Shown piece by piece: positions 18,129 to 28,320 of a stretch of DNA of 33,227 nt (within the stretch, counting starts at the first letter, position 1; each line of letters starts with the position of its first letter). The stretch lies in NCBI GenBank assembly GCA_049969675.1, contig JBMFOP010000026.1, forward strand, positions 1 through 33,227, in the 5' to 3' direction. This DNA comes from Myxococcota bacterium (GTDB lineage: Bacteria; Myxococcota; SpSt-1050). A program made the translations under genes and the position numbers. The notes beneath the pieces are model-generated. The model worked only from the letters and a program-made list of their open reading frames with translations, did no database searches and was not told where the DNA came from.

Positions 18129-18515
18129 TTATAACCTTGTATTGATTATCTCTTCCTGAAGTGTTTTTAGTTCCTGAAAGAAGATCTCTTTTTTTAAATC
18201 CTGCTCGGTATTTAGGCGGGATATAAGGTTAAGAGAGCGATTCTTCCAGTCTTCATTTGATATCTTTCTGGCAAGATTTTCAATCTTCTTGATATTCCAT
18301 GGAAATTCGTAATATGAGGTATAATTATAACAATCTCCCTCTTTTGTATTAAATCTAAGGGAAGCGGCAGCACATATCTTGGAGGTTACAACAATTGCCT
18401 CTACACGGTCATACCCTTTTGGGGAAAATATATTTATACCTACTCCGATTGCAGGACAGGCGATTATCCAGATCAGGATGATGATATAGATTGCAAGAAT
18501 AATCTTCTTTGTCAT
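18129..18515 (-). CDS. Hypothetical protein with N-terminal TM helix
   Basis: 128-aa ORF overlapping the kinase stop by 4 nt; hydrophobic N-terminus. Confidence 0.65.
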   Translation of the reverse strand: MTKKIILAIYIIILIWIIACPAIGVGINIFSPKGYDRVEAIVVTSKICAAASLRFNTKEGDCYNYTSYYEFPWNIKKIENLARKISNEDWKNRSLNLISRLNTEQDLKKEIFFQELKTLQEEIINTRL

Positions 18516-20320
18516 AGATCTGTCTCCTTAAATGGTGGAACTATCGTCTCTTTACCCGCTTTTACTGTGACAGTTCTGGATTCACTAAACTTATTTAAAC
18601 CTGTGTAATGTATCTTGATACTGTACTTGCCCGGCTTTATCTGAAATCTTTTAAGTGGTGTAGTCTGTCCAATGGGCTTGCCATCAATATAAACCTCTCC
18701 CCATGGAGTGGAATTGACAGATAAAAATCCCATCTCCTCATGAGTTGAAGCTATTAAATCCCTCTTCTCTTTCTTCATCTGGGTATTCTTCTTCTCTTTC
18801 TGCCTGCTTTGACTCTTCTCCTTTATTATATCCCTTTCTGGTGGTGATTCTTTTATTTGAATTTGTGGTGATTCCTTCTTGAGAGTTGGTATTGCATAGT
18901 AGTTGTTGAGATTCTCTTTGTTCAGTGGAGAAGGAATCTCTTTAATTTCATACATATAAGAGGAATCAATAGGACTCCTTTGATGTTTATAGATATTAAA
19001 GAGCATCATAAGGATAACTATTGCCAGAATTATAGCAACAGAGCTCAGTATAGTTATAATGAGTTTAATAGGGTTGGTATGGATATCTGAGAAGAAATCT
19101 GATATTCTAAGTGTAATTACTCTGCCAGTCTCCCTCGCAGTCATAGCGGAGTTGTTTAAAAAATTTAGTATTCTAAATAGCAGATCACCGGATGTGTTAT
19201 TTACCTTCTCTTTGATTGTAGGTTTGGTGATTGAGAGCGTGGGCTCGGCATCGGCTCTCTTCTCCATCTCTATTTTGTAAGGAGTTGGGGTCTTTCGTGT
19301 AATCTCCGCCTTCTCTCTGGCAATTAGAGACTCTTCCGTATCAACTGCAAAATCTACCCTGGTCATCTTATCTGATATCTTCTCCTGTCTTATGACCTTT
19401 GTGGTCTCCTCTGACTTACCAAAGAATTTCTTTGTAAAGTCCTGTAATTTTGACGGGACAAAGCCAGGATATGTCTTAAATAGATACTTTTGTAAATCTG
19501 CCTGGAGTTCTGATGCCGCCTGATATCTTGCATCTCTATCTTTTGCAAGACACTTCATTACTATATCAATAATTTCATCCGGCAGGTCTTCTCTAAAGAT
19601 TGCAGGAGATTTTACAACTCCCTTTTTGATCATCTCTATCTGTTTATAATCGCTCTCGGCATAAAATGGCCTCTGATTTGTAAGCATCTCATACAGAACA
19701 ATTCCAAGGGCATATATATCTGACCTGCTGTCAATCTCCATCCCTGCTGCCTGTTCGGGTGACATATAATTAATCTTACCTTTGAGCAGTCCTTTGGTAG
19801 TCTCTTTACTCTTTATATTTGCCTTTGCAATGCCGAAGTCTGTAATCTTTATCTCTCCAATATCACTGATAAGAATATTCTGGGGACTTACATCTCTATG
19901 AATAATATTCAGAGGTTTACCTTCGGGGTCCCTCTTTCTATGGGCATAATCAAGCCCTTTTGCAACCTCAGATGCAATGAAGATACTTATGTCAGTTGGC
20001 AGATACTTCTTCTCCTTTTTACACTTCTTGAGATATCTATGCAGATCTATGCCGTTTACATACTCCATTGCGATAAAGTAGTGCTCACCTATTCTTCCGA
20101 GGTCAAATACCTGAACTATATTGGAATGGTTCAGAAAGACAGATATCTTTGCCTCATCTATTAACATCGTGATAAATTCCTGATTCTGGGCAAATTGTGG
20201 ATGAATTCGTTTTATGGCAAGGATCTTCTCAAATCCAGAGACGCCGACAGTCTTTGCCTTGAAGATCTCCGCCATACCTCCAGAGGCAATTTTGTCAAGC
20301 AGAATATTTTCCAAAAGCAC
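18512..20320 (-). CDS. Hanks-type Ser/Thr protein kinase with TM helix and C-terminal PEGA-like domain (true start probably ATG 20333, frameshifted)
   Basis: IASGGMAEIF, AIKRI, HRDVSPQNIL, DFGIAK, YMSPEQ, SDIYALG; TM; GFLSVNSTPWGEVYIDGKPIGQTTPL. Confidence 0.92.
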   Translation of the reverse strand: MLLENILLDKIASGGMAEIFKAKTVGVSGFEKILAIKRIHPQFAQNQEFITMLIDEAKISVFLNHSNIVQVFDLGRIGEHYFIAMEYVNGIDLHRYLKKCKKEKKYLPTDISIFIASEVAKGLDYAHRKRDPEGKPLNIIHRDVSPQNILISDIGEIKITDFGIAKANIKSKETTKGLLKGKINYMSPEQAAGMEIDSRSDIYALGIVLYEMLTNQRPFYAESDYKQIEMIKKGVVKSPAIFREDLPDEIIDIVMKCLAKDRDARYQAASELQADLQKYLFKTYPGFVPSKLQDFTKKFFGKSEETTKVIRQEKISDKMTRVDFAVDTEESLIAREKAEITRKTPTPYKIEMEKRADAEPTLSITKPTIKEKVNNTSGDLLFRILNFLNNSAMTARETGRVITLRISDFFSDIHTNPIKLIITILSSVAIILAIVILMMLFNIYKHQRSPIDSSYMYEIKEIPSPLNKENLNNYYAIPTLKKESPQIQIKESPPERDIIKEKSQSRQKEKKNTQMKKEKRDLIASTHEEMGFLSVNSTPWGEVYIDGKPIGQTTPLKRFQIKPGKYSIKIHYTGLNKFSESRTVTVKAGKETIVPPFKETDL

Positions 20321-20341
20321 AGGGGAACTTCATTAATAACT

Positions 20342-20370
20342 ATTATAATACAAATAATTCTACCTGGCAA
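20342..20370 (-). promoter_or_regulatory. Sigma70-type promoter for kinase operon
   Basis: TTGCCA-17 bp-TATAAT, 8 nt upstream of ATG 20333. Confidence 0.6.
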
Positions 20371-20425
20371 CTTTTTAACTGACTGTGTGTTTAAAAGGAT
20401 ACTAATGGATGTATACGAATTACTG

Positions 20426-20454
20426 TTGCATAAAATTTGCTTTTATAGTAAAAT
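20426..20454 (+). promoter_or_regulatory. Sigma70-type promoter for the gene at 20482
   Basis: TTGCAT-17 bp-TAAAAT; GGAGG RBS downstream. Confidence 0.45.
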
Positions 20455-20481
20455 ACATTTATCTTACTGGAGGTTAGTAAA

Positions 20482-21786
20482 ATGAAAAGTGTCGTTTCCC
20501 ATTTAATTTTTGTCTTTTTGGTAGGCATATTCTTTTATTATTGCGGTTCCACTGCTGTGGTTGAAGAGCCAATGGGGGATACCCAATCACAGGATATAAC
20601 ATTGAAGGATGGAGTAAGTGATGCATCTAATGATACATTACAGGCTGATATCTCTATTAAAGACGGTAATATTGAAGATATTCCCTCTCTGGATACAACT
20701 TTTAAGGATATAGTTTTATCAGATGAAGGGGAGACAGATGTCCTTGAAGATGTTGAGGCTGATGTATTTAAAGATGGAGGAGGAGATGGGGGTGGAAGGG
20801 ATACGGCTTTTACAGACAATGAGATTACAGACACATCCACTGCTATGTATAGCATATCCGGAAAGGTCACGGTAAATGGAGGAAATCCTGAAAGTGGCAG
20901 GCAGGTATATGTGATGATATTTGATAAGATTCCCGGCGAGGATGTGCCTCCAATTGCTTATACAACAACAGATAGCAATAATGACTACATAGTTGATGGA
21001 TTGAGTTCTGGTAGGTACTATGTCTTTGCAATTTATGATATAAACGGCGATGGCAATCCCGACCCTGCAACCGGTGACCCCTATGGGTCTTATTTAAATA
21101 ATCCTGTTGAGATAAAGAGTAGTTCACTAACGGGTATCAATATAAATATTCATACAATTCAGCTTATGGTCTCATCTGTATTTATGAGAAGACAACAATC
21201 TCAAAATGCATATCTTATAAGTCTTGTAGCAAAGGTTATTAATCCAAAAGATGGTTCGCCTCTTTCGGATGCCACTGTCACTGCAACTGACCCTATGGGT
21301 CAGACTTACACCCTTACATATAATCCTCAGACAGGGCAATATGAAAAGAACTTTAATCCTTATGCCCAGAATGCAGTGATTGCACTGGAGGGCAATTATC
21401 AATTTACCATTCAACATCCATTTTATGGCTCACAACCTGTAAGGCTTCCACTCCCTCATAAACCTATGAAAGAATTGGTTACGATAACACAGCCTCTCAA
21501 TAACTCAACCATCAATGCCGGAGAGGACCTGACTGTTGCCTGGAAGAATCCACCGGGCGCCGATATCAATATGATGATTCAACTTATACATAGAGTAAAT
21601 AATCAGATGCGAGAGATTATGAGGGATGAGAAACAGCCAATCCCGAATCCTTATACGATTGATGGTGGATACCTGGATGAGAGCGGGATGTATATAATAA
21701 ATGTAATCAGTGGGAGGTATAGTATAGTTCCAAATGGTCTCAGTATAGAGGCGACCAGCGGGACAGTCATAGTAAATGCACAGTAA
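20482..21786 (+). CDS. Putative lipoprotein with acidic linker and beta-sandwich domains
   Basis: Signal ending FYYC; Asp-rich linker; YSISGKVTV, DINGDGNPD Ca-binding-like loop, GSPLSDATVTAT. Confidence 0.7.
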   Translation: MKSVVSHLIFVFLVGIFFYYCGSTAVVEEPMGDTQSQDITLKDGVSDASNDTLQADISIKDGNIEDIPSLDTTFKDIVLSDEGETDVLEDVEADVFKDGGGDGGGRDTAFTDNEITDTSTAMYSISGKVTVNGGNPESGRQVYVMIFDKIPGEDVPPIAYTTTDSNNDYIVDGLSSGRYYVFAIYDINGDGNPDPATGDPYGSYLNNPVEIKSSSLTGININIHTIQLMVSSVFMRRQQSQNAYLISLVAKVINPKDGSPLSDATVTATDPMGQTYTLTYNPQTGQYEKNFNPYAQNAVIALEGNYQFTIQHPFYGSQPVRLPLPHKPMKELVTITQPLNNSTINAGEDLTVAWKNPPGADINMMIQLIHRVNNQMREIMRDEKQPIPNPYTIDGGYLDESGMYIINVISGRYSIVPNGLSIEATSGTVIVNAQ

Positions 21787-21789
21787 TTT

Positions 21790-22383
21790 ATGAATGTTAT
21801 ACAAATTGGATTACTCCTTTTATCCTATGTGGGGGGGTCTATCCCTTTTGGACTGATATTTGCAAAGATATTTTCAAATAAGGATATCAGGAGGATTGGT
21901 TCCGGGAATATCGGGACAGCAAATGTAATAAGAAATGCTGGACTTCTTGCAGGGCTTCTGACCTTCCTATTTGACTTCTTAAAGGGGTTGATTCCTGTTC
22001 TGGTCGCACTTCATTATTATAATGTTTTACTTGGAGTACTTGCCGGATTTATGGCTGTAACAGGACATATCTTCCCGATATTTTTAAGGTTTTCGGGAGG
22101 GAAGGGGGTTGCTACGGCATTTGGTGTTGTACTGGGACTCAATTATCTGACTGCGCTGATCTCATTTGGAATCTTTATCCTGATGATTGTAATATTCAGA
22201 ATCTCCTCTTTATCATCTCTTGTAGCGACTCTTTCCAATCTGTTACTGAATATATTTGTTGCCTTTGATAAATATATTGTTCTCCTGAATATCCTCCTCC
22301 TCCTTCTTATATTTTTCAGGCATAGGGAGAACATAAAAAGACTGATTTCAGGTACCGAACCGAGGATGTGGGGAAGGAGTTGA
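21790..22383 (+). CDS. plsY: Glycerol-3-phosphate 1-O-acyltransferase
   Basis: GSIPFG, DIRRIGSGNIGTANVIR, DFLKG, GHIFPIFLRFSGGKGVAT, RHRENIKRL. Confidence 0.96.
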   Translation: MNVIQIGLLLLSYVGGSIPFGLIFAKIFSNKDIRRIGSGNIGTANVIRNAGLLAGLLTFLFDFLKGLIPVLVALHYYNVLLGVLAGFMAVTGHIFPIFLRFSGGKGVATAFGVVLGLNYLTALISFGIFILMIVIFRISSLSSLVATLSNLLLNIFVAFDKYIVLLNILLLLLIFFRHRENIKRLISGTEPRMWGRS

Positions 22384-22386
22384 GAT

Positions 22387-23979
22387 ATGAAGAGGATAGG
22401 TAGAGTCATAATAGCCTGTTTATCTCTATTATTAATGGAATTTCCACTGCATTCGGAGGAGAGTAATGATTCAAATTGGAAGGATGAGGCTCTGTTTTAT
22501 ATTTTTAGTATGAATAATCGTTTTGAAATAAAGAGAAACTTCTTAAATTCTGAAAAGCCAGATGCCCTTTCATTTTCAGATAAGACCACAGGATATTATT
22601 TATATGCGGGTGGGACACTAATGTGGTTTATATCAGATGCACTGGATTTTAATCTCTCTGTAAACTCGGGAATACTTAAATTGAAAAATATATATTATGA
22701 AAATAAAGAGACCTACACAACTATAAATAATGAGAGTGCCACCGAGTATGCAAGGAAGAGTCTCTTCATTGATGAACTTTATATTGAATATGATGATTCA
22801 TTTAAGTTGGGATTGGGGAAGGCCAATACTACTGTTGCAACAGATTTTGTCTTTAATGACTATGTCTTCTTTATCAGAACAGATTTTTATCTCTATAAAC
22901 AGGCAAAGAGGCGTCTGACATTGGGGATTCAATTCAATACTGTAGATGGTTCTTTTACGACCGATTATAAGAGTTCACCCATGCTATCCGCAGATATTTC
23001 ATATAAAGATGGAAAGAGGTTTAATATCTCACTCTTTTCGCTCTTTCTATATGACAATGACAGTGCATTTGGAAAGATCTATGAACCATTTATTGAGGCA
23101 TTTGTGGTGAAAAAATTAAAGGAGGCTGGACAGGATACCTCACAACTCTGTGGTGGTGATATATCCGGGTGCATAAAGGCTGATAGCAATGGTTATCTCC
23201 TGTGGGGAGGGGTTGACTTAAAGGGCAAATATAATGCATTTTCATATAAGTTGGATATTATTTTGAATTATGGAGATATGGAGATAGTGCCCTATCTGGA
23301 TATAAATGGTCAGATTATAAATATTTATAATAAAAAGAAGATGAGTGGAAAGGTTATTCAATATCTAAAATATGGAGATACTGATATGGGAGGGACATCA
23401 GGGGGAGGCACCACTGCTTATGGGAGTTTGTTGAACAAAGAATTGAGCAATAAGAAGATACTTGGCTACCTGATATATTCGGAGGTAGGTTATAAATTCA
23501 TCAAACTCCTTGAGTTATCCCCTTACTTTCTCATTATGAGTGGCGAGAACAACCTGGAGAAGAGTGGATACCTGAATTCATTTGTATCCGTTAAGTCATA
23601 TATTACCACCTCAAATATATTCTTTAATGGCGGATTGAATGAGACTGCCTCATCCCGAAACTTTTCACTTTCTGGAGTAAATGGGAGGGGTATAATCAGT
23701 GCTGGTATATGGCTTAGATTAAAAGAAGATGATTCTCCTTTTAAGATGAATTTAGGGGCGATGAAATTTTATTCACAGAGTTCAAATATAAACAATAAGT
23801 ACGATTATGGAACAGAGATAGACTTTGTCACGAGTTATGGATTTACAAAATTTCTGGAATTGAGCCTTGAGGCAGACTATTTTATTGTTGGAGATTTCTT
23901 TAAGACCGATACAGAGTCGGTGAAAAATCCGTTCAAATTGCTATTGGGACTGAATCTATATCTGGACAATTTAGATTGA
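22387..23979 (+). CDS. Outer-membrane beta-barrel protein (alginate-export-like C-terminus)
   Basis: Signal peptide; amphipathic strands; YGTEIDFVTSYGF...ADYFIVGDFF C-terminal pattern. Confidence 0.65.
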   Translation: MKRIGRVIIACLSLLLMEFPLHSEESNDSNWKDEALFYIFSMNNRFEIKRNFLNSEKPDALSFSDKTTGYYLYAGGTLMWFISDALDFNLSVNSGILKLKNIYYENKETYTTINNESATEYARKSLFIDELYIEYDDSFKLGLGKANTTVATDFVFNDYVFFIRTDFYLYKQAKRRLTLGIQFNTVDGSFTTDYKSSPMLSADISYKDGKRFNISLFSLFLYDNDSAFGKIYEPFIEAFVVKKLKEAGQDTSQLCGGDISGCIKADSNGYLLWGGVDLKGKYNAFSYKLDIILNYGDMEIVPYLDINGQIINIYNKKKMSGKVIQYLKYGDTDMGGTSGGGTTAYGSLLNKELSNKKILGYLIYSEVGYKFIKLLELSPYFLIMSGENNLEKSGYLNSFVSVKSYITTSNIFFNGGLNETASSRNFSLSGVNGRGIISAGIWLRLKEDDSPFKMNLGAMKFYSQSSNINNKYDYGTEIDFVTSYGFTKFLELSLEADYFIVGDFFKTDTESVKNPFKLLLGLNLYLDNLD

Positions 23980-23994
23980 GATTATATTTCCTGT

Positions 23995-24023
23995 TTGCAA
24001 TAAGGTCCAAATATTGATAAGAT
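23995..24023 (+). promoter_or_regulatory. Sigma70-type promoter with extended -10
   Basis: TTGCAA-17 bp-(TG)n TAAGAT upstream of AGGAGGAG and ATG 24051. Confidence 0.45.
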
Positions 24024-24050
24024 TAATCTGCTTATTCAGGAGGAGATAGG

Positions 24051-26012
24051 ATGAAAAGAATCTCTATTATCACTCTGGTTTTTATGCTATTGGCTACCGT
24101 TACAAATGCTGAATGGAAAGCCATCTTTACACAGATGGGGAATAAAAATGGCTGGGCAGGTATAGAGGTCTTTGATGAAAACAGTATTTCTATGACGGGC
24201 GTTATGGACAATATGGGAAATTCACAGCCGATTTTAGGATATTCATCTGATGGTCAGAATGTATCAATGGGTCAACCACCACAAAATACAGATGCACAGA
24301 TGAGTATCTTCTTCTTCCTGTCTGGTGCTGGCACAAACGGTTTCCTTGCCGGTATGTCACTTCTAAAGGGGTTCCCTCCTCCAATTATAATTGATGTGGC
24401 AAAATCAACAAATAAGGGTAAAAATTTTAGCCTTCAGAAAGGTGCACTCCCCGGCTCAAAGAATATGTCAGCATCAGCAATATATTTTTCAGACCCTATG
24501 ACCGGATGGATTGTGGGCGGCGGAGATAAGACTTATTATCTGGCTTCAACAAAAGATGCCGGCGCAACATGGGAGGAGAATACTACATTTTATGCATTCA
24601 GAGATAAGATATCTGTAAATAACATCTTCTTTATCAATGATAGAGTCGGCTGGATTGTCGGAGGTGATAATGGTGAACGGAACAAGGAGACCGGAGAATA
24701 TACAAGAAATCCCTCATCTGGTTTTATTGCGGTATCAACCGATGGTGGAAAGACATTTAAGAACATATATGAGAATAGCAATTTTACCATAAATGCTGTT
24801 CACTTTGTTGATTGTCAGATTGGAATAATTGCAGGATATGACGCCGCAAAGGCTTATGTGTTGTATACTTCCGATGGGGGCAAGACATTTACACAGAGCG
24901 GCGATTTGAAAATACCTTACGGTAGCAAGACAGTAGATGCAGGATATGTATCAGCGCTGCAACTCCTGAATTCAAAGGATGGTTTTTTAGGGGCAAATTA
25001 TATAACAGACCCCAGTGGTGAATCCTGTGCACCGGCGGTATTTAAGACCTCTGATGGAGGAAAGAGCTGGGTAATAGATGATACATATTCAGCAGGTCTT
25101 ACCGGTATTGCCAGATACGCCTGTATATATGGTATGAAATTCTACTCTGAGAAGGTAGGATATCTGGTAGGACAGCATCTATTGGTAGCAAAATATACCA
25201 ATGAAAATGGTTCATCGGAGAACCATAGATGTGTAGAGTGTATGCTCGGTAAGTGCCACAGGCAGGAGGTTCCGGATGCCGGACCTGATGTAGTAACTCC
25301 AGATATTGTCTATCCCGATGGTGAGACCCCGGACACGATTGAAGATACCGGGACGGTCATTACCTGTCCATCAGATAAGATTCTGCCGATGACGGATTCC
25401 AGGATATGTTTCAGCAATGCCACAGAGAGTTCAATCTCACAATTTAAGGCAAATATAGGATTTGCTGAAATCATAAACGGGACATCCTTTGTCGCATATA
25501 TAATTGGAGAGAAAGAAGGTATGACTCTTGCAGAGGCAAGGGATGCGGCAAATAATAAGACGGAGGATGTGGATTATATCAGGCTCTCAATCTCTCCATC
25601 TATGAAGGTATCTGAGATGTACGGTTTTTCAAAAATAAAATTTGTTGGCTCAAATATCTCGGCACAGATAGTCTATGACGATTTATATCAGATTTTAAAG
25701 ATTAAAGGACTTGAAGCGGATATTATGGATTCCGGTAATCAGAAGAAAGGGGGTATTACCATGAATCTTGAGGTCCCTGTTCTTACAGCCAGACAGTTGA
25801 GCAATGCCTCTCTCAACCTGATTGATGAGATATGCAATCTAAATAGACAGAGTTGCCAGAGTTCCATAGAAGATACTGGAGTAATTATTGGAGAAGATGG
25901 AGAGATTATAAATCCTGATGGTGCGACTCCATCTCTGGATGCTCACTCAGTGTCAGATGGCTCAAAGGGAGCCTCTTCCTCAGATGGTTGTAGTTGTACA
26001 ACATTATTTTGA
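24051..26012 (+). CDS. Secreted BNR/YCF48-like beta-propeller protein with C-terminal GCxC tail
   Basis: Signal peptide; Asp-box repeats (STNKGKNF, TKDAGATW, STDGGKTF, TSDGGKTF, TSDGGKSW) with GWIVG; acidic linkers; ends GCSCTTLF. Confidence 0.82.
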   Translation: MKRISIITLVFMLLATVTNAEWKAIFTQMGNKNGWAGIEVFDENSISMTGVMDNMGNSQPILGYSSDGQNVSMGQPPQNTDAQMSIFFFLSGAGTNGFLAGMSLLKGFPPPIIIDVAKSTNKGKNFSLQKGALPGSKNMSASAIYFSDPMTGWIVGGGDKTYYLASTKDAGATWEENTTFYAFRDKISVNNIFFINDRVGWIVGGDNGERNKETGEYTRNPSSGFIAVSTDGGKTFKNIYENSNFTINAVHFVDCQIGIIAGYDAAKAYVLYTSDGGKTFTQSGDLKIPYGSKTVDAGYVSALQLLNSKDGFLGANYITDPSGESCAPAVFKTSDGGKSWVIDDTYSAGLTGIARYACIYGMKFYSEKVGYLVGQHLLVAKYTNENGSSENHRCVECMLGKCHRQEVPDAGPDVVTPDIVYPDGETPDTIEDTGTVITCPSDKILPMTDSRICFSNATESSISQFKANIGFAEIINGTSFVAYIIGEKEGMTLAEARDAANNKTEDVDYIRLSISPSMKVSEMYGFSKIKFVGSNISAQIVYDDLYQILKIKGLEADIMDSGNQKKGGITMNLEVPVLTARQLSNASLNLIDEICNLNRQSCQSSIEDTGVIIGEDGEIINPDGATPSLDAHSVSDGSKGASSSDGCSCTTLF

Positions 26013-27016
26013 TGAAGGTCTCTATATTAATAGTAACATTTAATAGCGAATCTGTAATAACAGAGTGTCTGGATTCGCTAATTAGAATAGACTACGGAGA
26101 TTTTGAGATTCTGATTTATGACAATGCCTCTCTGGATAATACCTGTAGGATTATTGAGAGATATAAAGACAAAGTAAGACTGATAAAAGGGGGATTTAAT
26201 AGAGGTTTTGGGTATGCGCTCAACAGGCTTGCAGAGAATGCAAATGGTGAGATTATAGCCTCACTGAATCCCGATACAGTTGTGGACAGATACTGGATAA
26301 AGAATGCGATTGGACATTTTTCAAGAAGTGATGTAGGGATGGTCTCTTCAAGGATACTGTTTAAGGATAATCCAGATATAATTGATTCCACAGGACATCT
26401 GATATATCCAGATGGACTGAATAGAGGGAGGGGACATCAGAAGAACTTAACCGAGGAGTTTCTAAAAGTAGATGAGGTGGCATTCCCGAGTGGCTCGGCT
26501 GGATTTTATAGAAGAGATATCTATATTGAATTAGGTGGGATTGATGAATCGCTCTTCTTATTTGGTGACGATACAGATATAGGAATAAAGTTTCAACTCG
26601 CTGGATATAAATGCATCTATGAGCCGGCATCTGTTGTATTTCACCACTATTCTCATTCTGTCGGCAGATACTCGGATATAAAGGCATATTTTGTTGAGAG
26701 GAACAGGATCCAGATTCTCCTGAAATATTTCCCTCTAAGATTTATTGCAAAGAGCCTCTTTTATACATCAAGCCGTATAGTCATGCATAATCTCTCTGCT
26801 ATTTCAGGCCGTGGTAGCACCGCGAGATATATAAAGGAAGGAAGTATCATTAAACTCTATAAACTTATGCTAATGGCTTATATTGACACTATTCTTGATT
26901 TACCAGACATAATCAGAAAGAGAAGAAAACTTCTGTCAAGACTTGATTTAGAGAAGATTGTACCTCTGTTAAAGAGGCATACTATATCCGCAAGTGAATT
27001 AACATTGACTGATTAG
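26012..27016 (+). CDS. Family 2 glycosyltransferase
   Basis: VSILIVTFNS, YDNASLD, NRGFG, LNPDT, DDTD, VFHH; start ATG 26012 overlaps the upstream TGA (TGATG). Confidence 0.9.
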   Translation: MKVSILIVTFNSESVITECLDSLIRIDYGDFEILIYDNASLDNTCRIIERYKDKVRLIKGGFNRGFGYALNRLAENANGEIIASLNPDTVVDRYWIKNAIGHFSRSDVGMVSSRILFKDNPDIIDSTGHLIYPDGLNRGRGHQKNLTEEFLKVDEVAFPSGSAGFYRRDIYIELGGIDESLFLFGDDTDIGIKFQLAGYKCIYEPASVVFHHYSHSVGRYSDIKAYFVERNRIQILLKYFPLRFIAKSLFYTSSRIVMHNLSAISGRGSTARYIKEGSIIKLYKLMLMAYIDTILDLPDIIRKRRKLLSRLDLEKIVPLLKRHTISASELTLTD

Positions 27017-27031
27017 GATAAGGAGATTCTT

Positions 27032-28282
27032 ATGTTTTTTACACTCTTATCATTATTTCTTGCACAGATTCAGGATGTAAATTTTGATGAATACTTCCTT
27101 GATAAAACAATGCGGGTTGATATGTATATCACAGGTAATCATCTTGAAGAGGTTATATCTCTTGATGAGATTATTGAGGAGGGGAGGTGGGCTGGTTCTA
27201 AAAAGAATCTGATTGATTACACTAACTACGGTTGTGAACAGCTCAGGGTTCTTAACAGTAAGACCCAGAGGATGATTTATTCAAGGGGGTTTTGTACCCT
27301 TTTCGGTGAATGGCAGACAACAGATGAGGCAAAGCAGATAAAGAGGACATTTCACAATACTGTAAGATTCCCATTCCCGAAGGATCAGGTTCAACTTATT
27401 ATTGCCAGTGGACAGAAGAAGATATTTTCACTTAGTATTGACCCAAAAGATTACAGAATAAAAAAGTATAAGCCTAAGCATATCAATGTAATGCAGCTTC
27501 ATCATTCCGGTGATTGTCATAATAAACTGGATGTCCTTATAATTCCAGAGGGATATACAAAATTAGAAGAGAATAAGATGGTGAAAGATGCTAAGAGATA
27601 TAAGGAGATCCTTCTTTCAAATGAGCCGTATAATAAATATCTGGATAAGATTAACATCTGGTTTACGGAGATATTTAGTAATGAATCAGGTGTGAGTGAG
27701 CCGAGAAAGGGGATCTATAAAGATACAGCCCTTGGGGTGACATTTAATACATTTGATATAGAAAGATATCTTACAGCACCAGATAATAAGAAAGTAAGAG
27801 ATATAGCCTCTGCCTCCTGTTATGACACGATTTATATTATGGTGAATACAAATAGGTATGGAGGGGCTGGTATATTTAATCAATGGGCTATTTTCCCCTC
27901 CGACAATGAATATGATGAGTACATATTTTTACATGAATTTGGTCATTCTTTTGCCGGGCTTGCAGATGAATATTATACCTCAAAGGTGGCTTATTCAGAT
28001 TTTTATCCAAAGGGGCTTGAGCCATGGGAACCGAATATCACTGCGTACCTCAAGAAGGGTGAGGTAAAGTGGGGGAATTTAGTTGACAAAAATATCCCAA
28101 TTCCTACCCCTGAGAAGGATGAGTATAAGGGTAAAGTAGGTCTATTTGAGGGGGCGGGGTATGCATCAAAGGACCTTTACAGACCGATGATGGACTGTAA
28201 GATGTTCAGCAAGGGATCTGTTCCATTCTGTCCGGTATGCAGGGCATCAATTGAAAAGATGATACAGCTCTACTCAGAATAA
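27032..28282 (+). CDS. Peptidase M64 (IgA peptidase-like) metalloprotease
   Basis: FDEYFLDKTMRVD N-domain; YGGAG; HEFGHSFAGLADEY; C-terminal CKM..FCPVC. Confidence 0.92.
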   Translation: MFFTLLSLFLAQIQDVNFDEYFLDKTMRVDMYITGNHLEEVISLDEIIEEGRWAGSKKNLIDYTNYGCEQLRVLNSKTQRMIYSRGFCTLFGEWQTTDEAKQIKRTFHNTVRFPFPKDQVQLIIASGQKKIFSLSIDPKDYRIKKYKPKHINVMQLHHSGDCHNKLDVLIIPEGYTKLEENKMVKDAKRYKEILLSNEPYNKYLDKINIWFTEIFSNESGVSEPRKGIYKDTALGVTFNTFDIERYLTAPDNKKVRDIASASCYDTIYIMVNTNRYGGAGIFNQWAIFPSDNEYDEYIFLHEFGHSFAGLADEYYTSKVAYSDFYPKGLEPWEPNITAYLKKGEVKWGNLVDKNIPIPTPEKDEYKGKVGLFEGAGYASKDLYRPMMDCKMFSKGSVPFCPVCRASIEKMIQLYSE

Positions 28283-28320
28283 AATGTGCTTCTTGTTGTA
28301 GATGGGTGTCTTAGACTATG

